This document shows positions 37,147-47,595 of a stretch of 64,000 bases of DNA, piece after piece; within the stretch, counting starts at the first letter, position 1, and every line of letters begins with the position of its first letter. Below the pieces are notes generated by a model. It made no database searches, had not been told where the DNA came from, and saw only the letters and a program-made list of their open reading frames with translations. The DNA lies in the NCBI GenBank assembly GCA_944391745.1, contig CALXUS010000007.1:9939-73938 (forward strand), written 5' to 3'. This stretch comes from an uncultured Clostridia bacterium. Lineage in GTDB: Bacteria > Bacillota > Clostridia > TANB77 > CAG-508. Made by a program: the position numbers and the translations under genes.

Positions 37147-37911
37147 TTACAAGTTTATTCTATAAATCTTCTTTGTTCGACTATTATCTACATCAATATC
37201 AAAAACCACTCCATTAAGCATACATTTTCCTTCTGCTAATTTGTATTTTTCTGGTAAAGATGTTACAAATCTTTTTAGAGAAGCTTGTATATCCATTCCA
37301 ATAACTGATTTTTCAGGTCCTGTCATACCAATATCAGTTATATATGCTGTACCTTTTTCTAAAATTTTCTCGTCTGCTGTTTGAACATGTGTATGTGTTC
37401 CAAATATAGCAGTAACTCTGCCATCAACATAATATCCCATAGCTATTTTTTCAGCAGTAGCTTCTGCATGAAAATCTATTATTTTTATATCTGCATCTAT
37501 TTTATTTAATATGTCATCAATGCAATAGAAAGGATTATCAGATAAAACGCCCATATCTGTCCTACCAATTAAATTAATCACTGCAATTTTTTTGCCCATT
37601 TTTTCTACAATAGTATATCCTTTTCCTGGACATCCTTTAGAATAATTAGCTGGTCTTATTATCTTTTTGTCATTAATAAAATTAAATATATCCTTTTTTC
37701 CCCAAGTATGATTTCCCATTGTAATGACATCTATATCTAATCTATTTAGTTCAGCAAAAATTTTACTAGTCATTCCCATTCCACCAGCAACATTTTCACC
37801 ATTTACAATTGTAAAATCTATATTTTCAATTTCTTGCAAACTTGGTAAATCATGTTTTAACTTTTCTAAACCTGTTTCACCTACCAAGTCTCCTACTGCT
37901 AAAATCTTCAC
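37147..37911 (-). CDS. ymdB: YmdB-type metallophosphoesterase (TIGR00282 family)
   Basis: 254 aa with the blocks ILAVGDLVG, NGENVAGGMG, GNHTW and DFHAEATAEK. Confidence 0.9.
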   Translation of the reverse strand: MKILAVGDLVGETGLEKLKHDLPSLQEIENIDFTIVNGENVAGGMGMTSKIFAELNRLDIDVITMGNHTWGKKDIFNFINDKKIIRPANYSKGCPGKGYTIVEKMGKKIAVINLIGRTDMGVLSDNPFYCIDDILNKIDADIKIIDFHAEATAEKIAMGYYVDGRVTAIFGTHTHVQTADEKILEKGTAYITDIGMTGPEKSVIGMDIQASLKRFVTSLPEKYKLAEGKCMLNGVVFDIDVDNSRTKKIYRINL

Positions 37912-37933
37912 ACTAATTCCTCCTATTCTTATG

Positions 37934-38968
37934 TTAATTTATTTCTTCTTTTAAAACATCCAAAATACTATTAATTGCAAATTCATTATCATATTCTACT
38001 TTTTTTAGAGATTTTAGTTCTTTTATAGTTTCACCTACTTTTGATGTATCACTCAAATATTTAATATAATCGAATTTGCTTAACCAAGCTTTATAAGATT
38101 CGGTAATTTTATTATCTAAACTCTTAAAAACTATGCATGGAGTTTCAGTAATAGCTGAAAAAATCATACCATGTAATCTATCAGTAATCACAACTTCTGA
38201 TTTTTCGAATTCATCAAATTTATATTCTAAGATTTTTTCTCTTAATTCTCCTCCTAAGCAATTAATATCATCATCTATACTATTCTTAAATAATCCGTAT
38301 TTTGAGAATTTATTTTTTAAATAAATTTTAGATTCTTTATTAATAGTTTCTAAATTCATGTCCGTTATAAAATAATTATCATAATTTTTCTTAACTAAAT
38401 TTAGTATTTCACATTTTGTTTCACTGGAAATTATGCTTTCCTTATCACCTCTAAATAATACTAATGCTCCATTTCTGTCATAATTTGATTTGATTTTCAA
38501 TGTCATAACAATATCTGGTGTCAAATAAACTCTTGCGCTGGTAAAATGCTTTTTAATAAAATCATAAGACAACTTTTCCCTCGCTAAAATCACTAAATTA
38601 CTGTGTTTATTATATATTTCTTTTGAAATTTCTAATTCCTTGGCTCCTTCTTCATCAGGTGTAAAATATGCAGTTTCAGGAAATAAAATTATTTTATTGT
38701 TTGGAAAAGTTTTTATTACTTCTCTTCTTCCTCTTTCTGGTCTAGCATAAATATTTCCTAAATTTCCACCACCATGAATCATTATTATATCATCAGTATT
38801 AATCATATTTTTCATTTTTTTAACACAGATATCTAATTTATCCTCATGAACATGATAATATTCAAAATTTGGAAAATATGTTTTTATAAACTTCTCTTCA
38901 GCATAATATATTGCTTGATCTCCGATATTTCCATGATATGGCTCACCCATTAAAATTATCTTTCTCAT
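37934..38968 (-). CDS. Polysaccharide pyruvyl transferase family protein
   Basis: 344 aa with an N-terminal GNIGDQAI block and a C-terminal ITDRLHGMIF block, both characteristic of pyruvyl transferases. Confidence 0.65.
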   Translation of the reverse strand: MRKIILMGEPYHGNIGDQAIYYAEEKFIKTYFPNFEYYHVHEDKLDICVKKMKNMINTDDIIMIHGGGNLGNIYARPERGRREVIKTFPNNKIILFPETAYFTPDEEGAKELEISKEIYNKHSNLVILAREKLSYDFIKKHFTSARVYLTPDIVMTLKIKSNYDRNGALVLFRGDKESIISSETKCEILNLVKKNYDNYFITDMNLETINKESKIYLKNKFSKYGLFKNSIDDDINCLGGELREKILEYKFDEFEKSEVVITDRLHGMIFSAITETPCIVFKSLDNKITESYKAWLSKFDYIKYLSDTSKVGETIKELKSLKKVEYDNEFAINSILDVLKEEIN

Positions 38969-38990
38969 ATTATATTTTCCTTTCGCTTAA

Positions 38991-39881
38991 TTATTTTATA
39001 ACTGCAATTATTTCGTTTTTATATTTTTCAGGTAATGAATTTTCAGTTTCTCTACCATTTTCTACTTCAATAGAATATTTATTGCTTATTTTTTCTTTTC
39101 TAGTAGCACCCCTTTTAAACCATTCATATTCTATATCAAAATTTCCTGTATCTATTGCTCTGTACCCTTCTTTTGCTAAATCATAAGCTAAAATTGTTGC
39201 TGTAGGACCTAACGAAAGTAATATAATTTTATTTTTTCCCACTTTTTTCAAAGTTTCAAAAATCTCATAATATTTATCATAAGCATTTTCAGCTGGACAA
39301 ATTACTCTTTGAACAGACTTACTTCCATCTAGTAAATCATTTCCAACCCCAACTCTTGTTTGTTCTCCTTCACAAACAATAACATCTTGCCCTTTATAAA
39401 TATTTTTTAACATTTCGAAATGTACCTTGCATCTACTTTTATCCTTATATCTCATATATAACCTAGTTATATTAGCTGTGCAATATGTAATTTCAGAATT
39501 TAAATATTCCAACCAAGATTTTCTAGTTCTATACATATTGTTAATCCAAAACTTTTCACTTTCTTCAGTCAAATTATCAAAACTATTTATTACATCTGGA
39601 ATGCCAATTAAACAAAAATCTTGCTTTTCGCCAAGTATTTCTACTAGTCTTTTAGTTAATTCTTGATTATATTTTTGAAAAGGAAAACTCTTTCCTTTTA
39701 TTATGTCTAACTCACCATCTCCAAACCTAGCTATTGATTTTCCATTGTTTAATAAATTTAATGATTCTTCTATATTTAAGATTTTTATGTTAGTCTTTTC
39801 CATATCCTTTAATAATATATTTTTCTTTTCTTCTATTGTTAATTCTTCCATAAATATCCGTTCCCTCCAAAAAATACCCAT
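38991..39881 (-). CDS. GT-D-fold glycosyltransferase (DUF1792 / SP_1767-like)
   Basis: 296 aa with the ARFGDGELDII motif near the N-terminus. The true start may be the internal Met (MEELTIEEKK, about 39851). Confidence 0.6.
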   Translation of the reverse strand: MGIFWRERIFMEELTIEEKKNILLKDMEKTNIKILNIEESLNLLNNGKSIARFGDGELDIIKGKSFPFQKYNQELTKRLVEILGEKQDFCLIGIPDVINSFDNLTEESEKFWINNMYRTRKSWLEYLNSEITYCTANITRLYMRYKDKSRCKVHFEMLKNIYKGQDVIVCEGEQTRVGVGNDLLDGSKSVQRVICPAENAYDKYYEIFETLKKVGKNKIILLSLGPTATILAYDLAKEGYRAIDTGNFDIEYEWFKRGATRKEKISNKYSIEVENGRETENSLPEKYKNEIIAVIK

Positions 39882-40003
39882 TAAAAATTATATCATAAAT
39901 TAGTCTTGTTTTCAATATTAACATAAATTTTTTAGTTGCTCTAAATTGTTTTTAAAACACAAATAAAAAGACTTATATACCAAAAGTATATAAGCCCTTT
40001 TAT

Positions 40004-41554
40004 TTATTTTGCGTAATCAATTACTCTTTTTTCTCTAATCATATTAATTTTTATTTGACCAGGATATTCCATTTCATTTTCTACTTTTTCAGCAATTTTT
40101 CTAGCCATAATAGTCATTTCATCATCTGAAATTTTTTCAGGTTTAACTATTATTCTAATTTCTCTACCGGCTTGTATAGCATAAGATTTTTCAACTCCAT
40201 CAAATGAATCTGCAATTGATTCAAGTTGTTCTAATCTCTTAATATAAGCATCTAGAGTTTCTCTTCTTGCTCCAGGTCTTGATGCTGATATAGCATCTGC
40301 TGCTTGTACTAAATATGCTTCTGGTGTTTGAGGTTCTACATCACCATGATGTGCCTCAACAGCATTAATAACTTTTGGATCTTCTTTATATTTTTTGAGA
40401 ATTTCAACACCAATTTCTACATGTGTGCCTTCCATATCATGATCAAGTGCTTTACCAATGTCATGTAAAAGTCCTGCACGTCTTGCAAGTTTAGTATCCA
40501 AACCTAATTCATCAGCCATTATTCTTGCTAAATTCGAAACCTCTATAGAATGATTTAATACATTTTGACCATAACTTGTTCTATATTTTAATTTTCCTAA
40601 CAACTTAATTATATCAGGATGTAAATTAAGAACTCCTGTTTCCATCGCTGCTCTTTCGCCCTCTTCTTTAATGGTTTTTGCAACTTCTTCTTTTGCTTTC
40701 TCAACCATTTCCTCAATTTTAGCTGGATGAATTCTTCCATCATCAATTAACTTTTGAAGAGCTATTCTTGCAACTTCCCTTCTAAGTGGATCAAAACCAG
40801 AAATAACTACTGCTTCAGGTGTATCATCTATTATGAAATCAACTCCTGTTAATGTTTCCAAAGCCTTTATATTTCTACCTTCTCTACCAATAATTCTACC
40901 TTTCATATCATCATTTGGAAGAGCAACTATTGAAACAGTTGATTCTGAAGTATGATCAGCTGCACACTTTTGAATAGCATAAGTTATAACATTCTTAGCT
41001 GTTTCGTCAGATTTTTCTTTAATATCCTCTTCCATCTTTTTAATTCTTTCAACTTTTTCAGCAGTAAGTTTCTCATCTACTTTTGATAATAATTGTTCCT
41101 TTGCTTGATCTACAGATAATCTTGCAATTCTTTCTAATTCATCTAATTGAGAATCTTTAAGTCGTTGAACTTCTTCTCTTTCTTTGTCAATATCTTCTTC
41201 TCTTTTATTAAGTTGTTTTTCCTTTTGCTCTGCTGAATAAAGTTTCTTTTCTAAATTTTCTTCTTTTTGTAATAATCTTTTTTCTTGTAATTGAATATCA
41301 CTTCTTCTCTCTCTAATCTCTTCTTCTAATTCATTTCTGCTATTAATTATTTCCTCTTTAGCCTTAACAATTTCTTCTTTTTTCGTATTCTCTGCTTCTC
41401 TTTGAGCATCTTCTACAATTTTTTGTGCTTCTTCTTCAGCACTTTTAATTTTTGCTTCTGCTGTCTTTTTTCTAACAATATATCCTATAACTGAAAAAAT
41501 TATCGCTGAGACTAGAAAGATTATGATATAAATTGCAATTTCCATATCATACAC
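40004..41554 (-). CDS. rny: Ribonuclease Y
   Basis: 516 aa with an N-terminal TM helix, a long E/K coiled coil, a KH domain ([11 protein letters not shown]) and an HD domain (LLHDIGK). Confidence 0.96.
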   Translation of the reverse strand: MYDMEIAIYIIIFLVSAIIFSVIGYIVRKKTAEAKIKSAEEEAQKIVEDAQREAENTKKEEIVKAKEEIINSRNELEEEIRERRSDIQLQEKRLLQKEENLEKKLYSAEQKEKQLNKREEDIDKEREEVQRLKDSQLDELERIARLSVDQAKEQLLSKVDEKLTAEKVERIKKMEEDIKEKSDETAKNVITYAIQKCAADHTSESTVSIVALPNDDMKGRIIGREGRNIKALETLTGVDFIIDDTPEAVVISGFDPLRREVARIALQKLIDDGRIHPAKIEEMVEKAKEEVAKTIKEEGERAAMETGVLNLHPDIIKLLGKLKYRTSYGQNVLNHSIEVSNLARIMADELGLDTKLARRAGLLHDIGKALDHDMEGTHVEIGVEILKKYKEDPKVINAVEAHHGDVEPQTPEAYLVQAADAISASRPGARRETLDAYIKRLEQLESIADSFDGVEKSYAIQAGREIRIIVKPEKISDDEMTIMARKIAEKVENEMEYPGQIKINMIREKRVIDYAK

Positions 41555-41742
41555 CTCTTTCTATTAAATTTTCAATGTTCAAATATATATATATACTTTA
41601 AATATATTCTCCTTTACTATTTTATTATTATTATGTGAATATGTCAAGTGGTAAATTTGTCTTTTTAGAATTAATAAAAGAGAAAACAAATTGAAATAAC
41701 TAAACAATTTATTTTCTCTTTTATTAATTTAATATTTTATTA

Positions 41743-42624
41743 TTAAGCTCTTGGATGAGTTTTCTTATAAATATTTTTCAATGTTGGATCTTGAAATTGT
41801 GCATATACTTGTGTTGAAGATATATCTGAATGGCCAAGCATTGCTTGAATTGATTTTAAATCTGCTCCATTTTGTAGAAGATGTGTTGCAAAAGAATGTC
41901 TTAAAACGTGTGGAGTAATATCTTTGTCAATATGAGCTTGTTCTTTATAATATTTAACAATTTTCCAAAATCCTTGTCTTGTAAGTCTTGAACCATTAAC
42001 ATTAACAAATAATGCCTTATTATTTTCATCTTTTATTAAAATAGGTCTAGCCTTTTCTACATATTCTTTTAATGCTTTTTCTGCTAGTGCACCTAATGGA
42101 ATAGTTCTTGATTTTTTACCATTAGAACAAGTTACTGTATCTTCTTCAAAATTAACATCATCAATATCTAAATCAATTATTTCAGTAACTTTCATTCCTG
42201 TAGCATAAGCAAATTCAAGCATCGCTTTATCCCTAGTCCCTTTTAAGTCAACATCTTTAGGTTGATCTAATAATAATTCAACTTCATCCGCTGTAAGTAC
42301 ACTAGGAACTCTTTTTTCTATTTTAGGAGATTGAATTGAAGCTGTAGGATCACTTTTTGCCTTTCTTGTTCTAAGTAAAAATTGATAAAAAGATCTTATA
42401 GATGCCAAGCTTCTAGATGCAGTAGATGTTTTTTTACCTTCTTTTTGTAATTCTTTTAAGTAGTCTTTTATATCTTCTTCTTTTGCTTTAGCGTAATTTA
42501 TATTATTTGCCATTACATAGTCTCTAAATTGCATAATATCTCTTCTATATGATTGAAGAGTATTCTCTGACAATTTTTTATCATTTTGTAAGAATTCTAA
42601 AAAAAGTTTAATCTGTTTATCCAT
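41743..42624 (-). CDS. xerD: Tyrosine recombinase XerD
   Basis: 293 aa with the catalytic blocks HVLRHSFATHLL and GHSDISSTQVY. It sits next to spoIIM, as in other spore formers. Confidence 0.8.
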   Translation of the reverse strand: MDKQIKLFLEFLQNDKKLSENTLQSYRRDIMQFRDYVMANNINYAKAKEEDIKDYLKELQKEGKKTSTASRSLASIRSFYQFLLRTRKAKSDPTASIQSPKIEKRVPSVLTADEVELLLDQPKDVDLKGTRDKAMLEFAYATGMKVTEIIDLDIDDVNFEEDTVTCSNGKKSRTIPLGALAEKALKEYVEKARPILIKDENNKALFVNVNGSRLTRQGFWKIVKYYKEQAHIDKDITPHVLRHSFATHLLQNGADLKSIQAMLGHSDISSTQVYAQFQDPTLKNIYKKTHPRA

Positions 42625-42713
42625 TTTTGCTCCCCTATTCTATATTTATTGTTTTAATTGTTTACTTAAACTTATTATGTTATATCAAATTATTTAACAA
42701 AAGTAAAGTGTTT

Positions 42714-43337
42714 TTATAAATAATTTACAATACTTATTAATAAATTACTACTCAAATAAGTTTCTATAAGGGCTGAAAATCCTATAATTACAAGGATTAT
42801 TAGGCACAAAATAGTATGTCTAATTATTTCAATTCTTATATTTTCTCTTCTTCTATCTTTAATTATCGATTTATACAAATTAACTCCACTAACAGCAATT
42901 GCTATTAAACATGGTATTATTATTATATTGTGTAAAAATAATGCTGAAAGTACAAATGCAATACCTTTTCCTGTTCCTAATGTTAAAACAATTGATGATA
43001 TTGTATACCCCATGCAAAATCCTTTATACCCAATAATTCCATATACAATTGGTATACCAATTATCGTTGATCCCATAAACCATAATAATAGCACTATTAA
43101 AAAATTATTTTCCAGAACATTCTTAAGAAGCTTTATATAATCTATTTTTTCTCCATTTTTTAATCCATTAATAAAACTATTAATATAATTATTTATAGAA
43201 GTAATTTGCTCTTGAGAGGAATTATTAGCAATAATTATTCCTATGATTAATCCAATTAAAAATATTATTATTAATATTAAATAAATTTTTGCATTATTGA
43301 TAATGTGTTCTTCTATAACACTTTTAATTTTTTTCAT
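42714..43337 (-). CDS. spoIIM: Stage II sporulation protein M
   Basis: 207 aa with five TM helices and the typical SpoIIM layout (NNAKIYLILI...GIPIVYGIIGYKGF). Confidence 0.8.
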   Translation of the reverse strand: MKKIKSVIEEHIINNAKIYLILIIIFLIGLIIGIIIANNSSQEQITSINNYINSFINGLKNGEKIDYIKLLKNVLENNFLIVLLLWFMGSTIIGIPIVYGIIGYKGFCMGYTISSIVLTLGTGKGIAFVLSALFLHNIIIIPCLIAIAVSGVNLYKSIIKDRRRENIRIEIIRHTILCLIILVIIGFSALIETYLSSNLLISIVNYL

Positions 43338-43393
43338 TCTATTCCTCCTAATACATAATATCTATGTATTAAAAGGAGTAAATAGAACCAATT

Positions 43394-44584
43394 TTACCCT
43401 ATTTGTACTTTTCCATACACTCCGCCACCGCCGGCATGAATGTGCATTTGACCTTTTCTTGCGTTATCAATTATTTCAGCTTGTTTTGCGCCAACTACTG
43501 CCTCTATATCATCTTTAGTAGCCTTATGTAAGATTGTCATTTCTGTACCAAAATTTGAAAGTAGTTTTTCTATAGTTTTACCACCAATCCCTGGCATAAA
43601 ACCTAAAGGAATTTGATAATTATATGTCGGCCTAAAACTTGGACTTTTTGAATCTTGATCTTTTATTATTTCAATTCTGTCATACACTCCCATTGTAATG
43701 TTAGTACCACCACATTTATCACAAACAGTTGCTGGAGGTGGTGTTTCAATTGAGCAATTACAATCTTCGCAAAAACTTCTATTATATTTTCCAAGTTTAG
43801 GATCTAATCCATAATTAGCAATAATCTTTCTTCCATCTTCCATTTTTATTGCTTTCATTATTTCTTTAAAACTAATTTTATCAACTAAAAATTTATTATA
43901 TTCTCTTGCTATTTTAGGTAGAGAATGTGCATCTGAATTAGTTATAAAATTCTTTTTTGAAAGCTCACTAATTTCATCTGCTATATAAGTATCAGCACTT
44001 AATCCTAACTCTACAGCAAATATTTTATCATATTTTTCTTTAAAAATTCTTTCAAGTCGTTCTGTACAATTTCCATAATAGCTTTTAAATGGAGTAAAAA
44101 TATGCGCTGGAATTAATACTCCATTATATTTTTCAACTATATCAATAAGTTCATAACCTGAAACATCAGATTTTTGTGTACTTAATGTAATATTATGAAT
44201 ATGTGTAGACATCTCTTTTGAGAAACCCTTTATATCTTTTAAAGTTGGAAAATAGCATAAATTATGTGCACAACCATGTTTGCCATCTTCTCTTAGTTCA
44301 GTTGTTTCTACTTCACTACCCAAAATAATGCATATTTTATCTTTATAAATAATTCCACCATCTTCTATTTCATAAGCATCTCCTGCTCTTAAGAAATTTT
44401 CAATATCTTCTATTACATAAGGTGAAGCACAATCTATTATTCCAACTACATCTATACCTTTTCTTTCAAAACATTCTTTAGCAATATTTGCAAAGTTTAA
44501 TGACTTCGCTGCTGTTATTTTTATTGGCTTTCCATTTTCACTTCTTCCTATGTGTACGTGTAAATCTGCAAATATTTCGTTCAT
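43394..44584 (-). CDS. Endonuclease Q-like PHP-domain protein (TIGR00375 family)
   Basis: 396 aa with the N-terminal PHP motif ADLHVHIG, an internal Cys cluster (CEDCNC...CDKCGG) and a C-terminal helix-hairpin-helix-like region. Confidence 0.68.
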   Translation of the reverse strand: MNEIFADLHVHIGRSENGKPIKITAAKSLNFANIAKECFERKGIDVVGIIDCASPYVIEDIENFLRAGDAYEIEDGGIIYKDKICIILGSEVETTELREDGKHGCAHNLCYFPTLKDIKGFSKEMSTHIHNITLSTQKSDVSGYELIDIVEKYNGVLIPAHIFTPFKSYYGNCTERLERIFKEKYDKIFAVELGLSADTYIADEISELSKKNFITNSDAHSLPKIAREYNKFLVDKISFKEIMKAIKMEDGRKIIANYGLDPKLGKYNRSFCEDCNCSIETPPPATVCDKCGGTNITMGVYDRIEIIKDQDSKSPSFRPTYNYQIPLGFMPGIGGKTIEKLLSNFGTEMTILHKATKDDIEAVVGAKQAEIIDNARKGQMHIHAGGGGVYGKVQIG

Positions 44585-44604
44585 TCTATGCCCCTTCTCA
44601 ATTT

Positions 44605-45144
44605 TTATCTATCATCTCTATCTGAATCACCAATATCTTGGTTCTGTTTAGCTTGTGTATCTTCAGGATTTGTATAATTCAAGTCTTTTTTATTTATCTT
44701 ATTATATAGCTCTTCAGGATTTTTTAATTTTGACTCATCTATTTCAGGATTTGTATAATTCAAATCTTTCTTGTTCATCTTATTATATAGCTCTTCAGGA
44801 TTTTTTAATTTTGACTCATCTATTTTAGGATTTATATAATTCAAATCTTTTTTGCCCATTAATGGATTTTCTTCTCTAATCACTCCTTGGTCATAAATTG
44901 AATAATCTATTTCAGGGTCATTTATCGAACCTCTTTCAAGACTTTCCACACCCTCACGAGCCTCAGCACCAGAAAGGACTCTTGGTTCATCACTTTCTTG
45001 TTCTTTCATTTTTGATTTCGTTATACTTCTAATCTTATCTGCTATATATTGATCAAACATTGCTCCTGCAAGTTGTGCTCCTTTTGATACATCATCTGGT
45101 TCTAATCTACCAATTTCAGTAGCCATCTCATTAAAATCACTCAT
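44605..45144 (-). CDS. Hypothetical acidic protein with 27-aa tandem repeats
   Basis: 179 aa. The C-terminal half contains 2.4 copies of KKDLNY(I/T)NP(K/E)IDESKLKNPEELYNK(M/I)N. Its start lies 2 nt after the upstream gene's stop. Confidence 0.5.
   Translation of the reverse strand: MSDFNEMATEIGRLEPDDVSKGAQLAGAMFDQYIADKIRSITKSKMKEQESDEPRVLSGAEAREGVESLERGSINDPEIDYSIYDQGVIREENPLMGKKDLNYINPKIDESKLKNPEELYNKMNKKDLNYTNPEIDESKLKNPEELYNKINKKDLNYTNPEDTQAKQNQDIGDSDRDDR
44659..44854 (-). repeat. In-frame 81-nt tandem repeat (2.4 copies)
   Basis: Period-81 near-identical units begin near 44661, 44742 and 44823 on the plus strand. Confidence 0.85.
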
Positions 45145-45146
45145 AA

Positions 45147-45707
45147 CTATGCCTCCACTTTATTAACAAAATTAACAAATTCTAAAAATTTATCTAAATA
45201 TCTATTATATTTTCCTTTTAAGTTTCTATACTTAAGTAATACTACTGCCTCATCTGCTTTAAATCCTACTCTTTCAGGTCTATTTAAAAGCATACCACCG
45301 AATTGATCAGCAAGTTCCAAAATATCACTTTCAGGCTCTCTATTCTCACCAATAGTATATCTATTGACCCCTTCGCAAATTCTGCAAAATCTTTTATCAA
45401 AGCCTAATTTTGCAAGATATTCAGCACCCTTACATGCATAAGAGCGAATATCCTCTAAATCAGTGGCATTTTCTTTTTTTAGGCAATCACATAACAATCT
45501 TGCAGTTATAATTAGATTTTCATCAAGATCCTCATCTGGATAATTTTCCTTTAAATAATTCAAAAACATTTTAGTTATAAGAGTTTTAAATACAACAGTA
45601 TTATCATAATAAATTCCTGTTTTTTTCCTTAAATAACGCATTATTTCCATTTTTTTAAGCCAGTCTTTTTCACTTAGCATATAAGATGCAAATGTTTCTC
45701 CTTCCAT
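45147..45707 (-). CDS. Hypothetical protein
   Basis: 186-aa soluble, helical-looking protein, apparently translationally coupled to 44605..45144. No confident family. Confidence 0.5.
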   Translation of the reverse strand: MEGETFASYMLSEKDWLKKMEIMRYLRKKTGIYYDNTVVFKTLITKMFLNYLKENYPDEDLDENLIITARLLCDCLKKENATDLEDIRSYACKGAEYLAKLGFDKRFCRICEGVNRYTIGENREPESDILELADQFGGMLLNRPERVGFKADEAVVLLKYRNLKGKYNRYLDKFLEFVNFVNKVEA

Positions 45708-45790
45708 TTTGGTTCCTCCTCTTTCGTAAATTATATTTCATAAAACTTATATTTTCAATCTTTGTAACAGAAATGTAATATTTAGAAATT

Positions 45791-47014
45791 TTATTGTAAT
45801 ATTAATCCTTTTGTATAATCAAGACCTGCTACTGAATTCTTTTTATATCCTAAAGTATAAATATCTGTAGCTAGTTTATCTATTTCAAGCATTCTTGCTA
45901 TTCTTTTATTTTTGTTTGCCTTTTCAAATTTTTTAAAAGAAGTTATAACTTTAGCTCTTCCATTTATTTGAGACAAAAGCATTTTTCCATTTTCAGAACA
46001 TCCTAATACTCTTACATAAGGAATCATCTTTTTAGAAATTTCCATATCTTTTTTAGTAATTCCAATTAAGGCATATAACAAAATTCTTTGAATTCTGGTT
46101 TGAGTGTATCTTTTTGACTTTATACTATTTATTAGCTCAATTAAATTATTTGTTTTATTCGCCTTTTCCTTTATAAGGTTTTCTAATCCTTCATTAACAT
46201 CTGGCAAATTAGCTATATCTTTTGCAGACATAGATCTTAATTTATATATTATTTCATTATTAAAGGCTGTAATATCTAATACATAAGTTCCTTGTCTAAT
46301 ATCATTAAGTAATAAATTAAAGACCTTTGAAGGTACTACTCTTCTTACTTCATCTAATTGATTTCTCAATAATAAACTTCTAATGCCAGTTGCACTTGCA
46401 TATTCATCTATAATTTTTGTACTATTATAATATACTTTTTCACGTTTAATTCCCACTGGCGTAATATTACTTTTTTGTTTTTTTAAAGCTTTCAAATATT
46501 CAATTGCAAGAATATTATTAGAGCCTTTTAAAACATTAGCATATCTTTTTATATCATTTAAATACATCATTGTTGCATTTTCTCTAGCCTTAGGAAAAGA
46601 ATTTCCTTTACTAAGTTCATGCTCTAATATACTTTTATATTCTGGTGGCTCATTATAAAGTACATTTGCTACATTATTTAAAGTTGAAATATCATCAGCT
46701 TCCATTCCAAAAGAAATTGTATCAACAATTCCAATATTTTTTAAAATTTTAACTGCTCCATTTGCAAAGTTTTCAGCACTCGAAATGCTATAAATTGTAG
46801 GTAGTTCAATTACTAAATCAACACCACCAATAAGGGCCATTCTTGTTTTTTCCCACTTGTCAACAACTGAAGTATTACCTCTTTGCGTAAAATTGCCTGT
46901 CATTACAGCAACAACGTAGTCACTTTTAGTTTGTGCTTTAGCATTTTGAATATGATATGCATGTCCATTATGAAATGGATTATATTCTGCTATAATGCCT
47001 ACAACTTTGCTCAC
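45791..47014 (-). CDS. tmcAL: tRNA(Met) cytidine acetate ligase TmcAL (YlbM/UPF0348)
   Basis: 407 aa with the N-terminal nucleotidyltransferase motif GIIAEYNPFHNGHAYH. Confidence 0.85.
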   Translation of the reverse strand: MSKVVGIIAEYNPFHNGHAYHIQNAKAQTKSDYVVAVMTGNFTQRGNTSVVDKWEKTRMALIGGVDLVIELPTIYSISSAENFANGAVKILKNIGIVDTISFGMEADDISTLNNVANVLYNEPPEYKSILEHELSKGNSFPKARENATMMYLNDIKRYANVLKGSNNILAIEYLKALKKQKSNITPVGIKREKVYYNSTKIIDEYASATGIRSLLLRNQLDEVRRVVPSKVFNLLLNDIRQGTYVLDITAFNNEIIYKLRSMSAKDIANLPDVNEGLENLIKEKANKTNNLIELINSIKSKRYTQTRIQRILLYALIGITKKDMEISKKMIPYVRVLGCSENGKMLLSQINGRAKVITSFKKFEKANKNKRIARMLEIDKLATDIYTLGYKKNSVAGLDYTKGLILQ

Positions 47015-47139
47015 TTTTTTAGCCTCCCTCTTGAACGTTTTTTAATTTATTGATATAATATCACAAACTTTGCATTTTATCAATAATTGTAAGGTTTTAT
47101 TTTAAGCAAAATAATTAATTTTTCTGAAAGGATGTAAAT

Positions 47140-47577
47140 ATGAAAAAAGTTACAATATATACTGATGGTGCCTGCTCTGGCAACCCAGGACCCGGCGGAT
47201 GGGGTTCTATATTAATGTATAATGATAATAAAAAAGAATTATCTGGTGGAAGTAAAAATACAACAAATAATATAATGGAGATTACAGCAGTATTAGAAGC
47301 CTTAAAAGCTTTAAAATTTCCTTCTGAGGTTGATTTATATAGTGATAGTGCTTATGTGGTTAACTGCTTTAACCAAGGGTGGATTTATAACTGGTTAAAA
47401 AAAGGATGGAAAACAGCAAATGGTGAGCCAGTAAAAAACAAGGAGCTATGGGAAGAACTATATGCTTTGACTAAAATTCACAAAGTTACATTTCATAAAG
47501 TAAAAGGCCATGCAGATAATGAATTTAATAACAGATGTGATGAACTTGCAAGAAATGCAATAAATACAGTATTATAA
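47140..47577 (+). CDS. rnhA: Ribonuclease HI
   Basis: 145 aa with the blocks [30 protein letters not shown] and [16 protein letters not shown]. Confidence 0.9.
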   Translation: MKKVTIYTDGACSGNPGPGGWGSILMYNDNKKELSGGSKNTTNNIMEITAVLEALKALKFPSEVDLYSDSAYVVNCFNQGWIYNWLKKGWKTANGEPVKNKELWEELYALTKIHKVTFHKVKGHADNEFNNRCDELARNAINTVL

Positions 47578-47595
47578 TTATTTAAGGAGATTTTT

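Noticed and set aside
41743-42624. Tyrosine recombinase as a marker of a prophage or integrative element
   Set aside because: It has full XerD-like catalytic blocks and the conserved housekeeping neighbourhood (next to spoIIM). There are no phage or conjugation genes or att-like repeats nearby.
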